Origin: Phoronis australis
Lineage: Eukaryota > Animalia > Phoronida
Length of the DNA: 64,000 bases
Direction of reading: 5' to 3'
Assembly (NCBI GenBank): GCA_002633005.1
Contig: NMRA01000379.1
Location: forward strand, 62,001 to 126,000
Positions within the stretch are counted from its first letter, which is position 1; each line of letters opens with the position of its first letter. Of the stretch, positions 62,011 to 64,000 are shown piece after piece. The notes below the pieces were generated by a model. It did not search any database and was not told the origin of the DNA. It saw only the letters and a program-made list of their open reading frames with translations. Position numbers and translations under genes: made by a program.

Positions 62011-62182
62011 CTTCAGCCTCGACAAACTTGATACACTTTTCTACAAAGACTGGTACTAGCTGGCCCTCATTTTGCACAAAGTTCTGTAGTGTGTTAGTGG
62101 TCTGGCGTGGCATCAGCTTGGCCTCTTTCTTCTTCCTCAATGACTTACGCTGTATCTTCTGCTTCTCCTTTAGACGGCGCTC
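62011..62182 (-). CDS. ARHGAP35: p190 RhoGAP exon (polybasic region and start of the GAP domain); upstream exons lie beyond the window
   Basis: attcag|...G|gtaacc, 172 nt, phase 0 to 1; encodes ERRLKEKQKIQRKSLRKKKEAK...LVPVFVEKCIKFVEAE. Confidence 0.88.
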
Positions 62183-63444
62183 CTGAATATTGCAGAGTAT
62201 TGGAAACTACTGTAAACATTCTCCAGTTTCGAAGAGACTCAAAGATTTGAGGGAAGGAAATTCGAGCCGGAATTGATTTTTTGTCAATACTGAAGATTGG
62301 GACATGGGTGATTTTGTTTTGGTGTACACCACACTTCTCAAATGTCCCACATTGCATACTGTATGAACAGTCTAAAATTTATAGTTAAAACAGGTGACAT
62401 TTCTAACTGGTGACACGTTACAAAGTACAACTGCAAAATATGTGTAGCCACTATCAGGTTAGTTGCATAATATGGGTAAATTGACCTATTTCTAACGTGG
62501 GTAAATTGACCTATTTCTAACATAGCTAAGTTGGCCTCTTTCTGATGTGGGTAAGAAAACCTATTTCTAAACTTGAGTACAAGCTCCAACCATCTCAAAC
62601 TAGAGAATGTTTAATGTAAAAATCATATTTTCCAAGTAGCTGCGTTGCCACTTAATATTAAGAGTTAAAGGAGAACACCACCCAAAAAAAGCAACCTAGT
62701 TTGAATCAATTTAGATCGAGTAGTTCCACTGTATAACTGCACGTACAGCTCTTTTACCCGACACTTGACGGCAGACGGAGGTGTTGAAATTAACTAATGA
62801 CGTCACAGGTTCAAATGTAGTGTGTTCAGCAGTTCACAACACGCTTACTGGTGTCAGCTTATCGCTTGAATTCATTGTTTTACACCAATAAATCATCAAA
62901 ATTTGATGTAAACCCTTACAAATACATCGAGTTATTGAACAAACATGTTATTTTATTTCGCTGTTACAGATTTTTAGGTATTTGAACATACCGTAGCCTA
63001 CAAAGTTCGGTAGGCCAATTTATCAAGGTCGGTCGCAGTAGTTTGGGGTCTGTTGGGTGATAGATTCAAGTTATTCGTCCGTGAAATACAGACAGGAGAA
63101 CAAAGCTGTGTGCTGTAATTTTAGACTTGCTTTTTTCAGTTCTAAACACACAAAATGCTTGCTATCCCGGCCAGTGGCTCGTAATCTAATCCGGTCCATC
63201 GCGGCCGGACTGAAGACATCACTAACACAAACCAGCCAAAGTTGGAAACTAAACTTCCAGTCCTGAAAAGACTATACTACTGAGCCAAAGAAAAATCTGC
63301 ACGTGATATTTTTGGTGAATTAGCCGAGAAACTGTATATCTACTTACTAGCTCAACGATGGCCGTGAAGTCAGGTTAGCCTTCCACATCGGAACCGTAAG
63401 GACAAAAGTTGTACAGTAACAAAGATTCGAATAATGTATATGAA

Positions 63445-64000
63445 TGTCTAAGTAGCAGTAGTAGTAATACACTTTATTCATGTTAAGACAAAAATACAAT
63501 TAATACAAACTTACACTTATGGAGACTCCGTGAAGGACCCGAAGGGTCCGCTGACCACGGAGACACCAGAGAATAAAAAATACAGTGTTACAGATAATCA
63601 AAATTACAAAATAAGGTGATAATGTAACTTAAAACTACTTGTAAAAAGACTAGGAGAGATTATCGAAAATAGTTACACACAAAGCAGTTGGGAATAGTGC
63701 ACTCAAGTCCATAGCTTTCAAAACAAACGTTTTTAAAATAATTTATAACAGAGGATAATGAATGGGTAAAAAAAAATTGGGAAACATTTCAGGAAGGTTA
63801 TTAATGATATGGGGTAAAGCATTGCGAACTGAATCTTCAGCAAATGATTTAGTACAACGAGGAGTTTGTAGAAGATGTCGTTTCCTAATGGAATGTTCAT
63901 GAACAGACCCACGGTTACTAAATTGAACGTGTTAAAAAATGAAGGTAAGTAATTACGAGCATATTTGTAGAAAAATTTAATTAAAGCAACAACATAGAAG
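63445..64000 (-). mobile_element. CR1/Crack-group LINE 3' end with 3' stem-loop, AATAAA and (TAC)n tail
   Basis: LIKFFYKYARNYLPSFF...HEHSIRKRHLLQTPRCTKSFAEDSVRNALPHIINNLP; hairpin at 63520-63568; minus-strand AATAAA at about 63473-63478; tactactact tail. Confidence 0.82.

Overview
AT-rich, intron-containing animal genomic DNA. It is probably from a marine invertebrate such as a mollusc, inferred from the Cys-rich secreted domain style, SapA-bearing GILTs and the transposon repertoire; it is not prokaryotic. Host genes reconstructed by hand from splice sites and reading phase are: (1) a + strand secreted protein with a Thr-rich mucin stalk and a Ly6/three-finger-like Cys domain (1123-6600); (2) an intronless 553-aa acidic orphan with three 80-aa repeats and a basic/CCC C-terminus (9423-11084, -); (3) a small EMI-domain gene (25099 down to about 15889, -) whose best model has an in-frame TGA just before a GPI/TM-like tail; (4) two intronless GILT (IFI30) paralogues with matching TATA and M-box/CLEAR promoters; and (5) the last four coding exons of p190 RhoGAP. 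The rest is mostly transposon debris: several LINE clades, a Penelope GIY-YIG fragment, THAP remnants, a Gypsy 3' half with an extra zinc-finger ORF and an LTR, and MITEs. It also holds a 37-bp x24 minisatellite that apparently arose inside a TTAA-flanked DNA transposon, and degenerate telomere-like repeats at an assembly gap. I found no CRISPR array, rRNA or tRNA gene. I cannot claim a clearly new biological system; the best leads are listed as findings.
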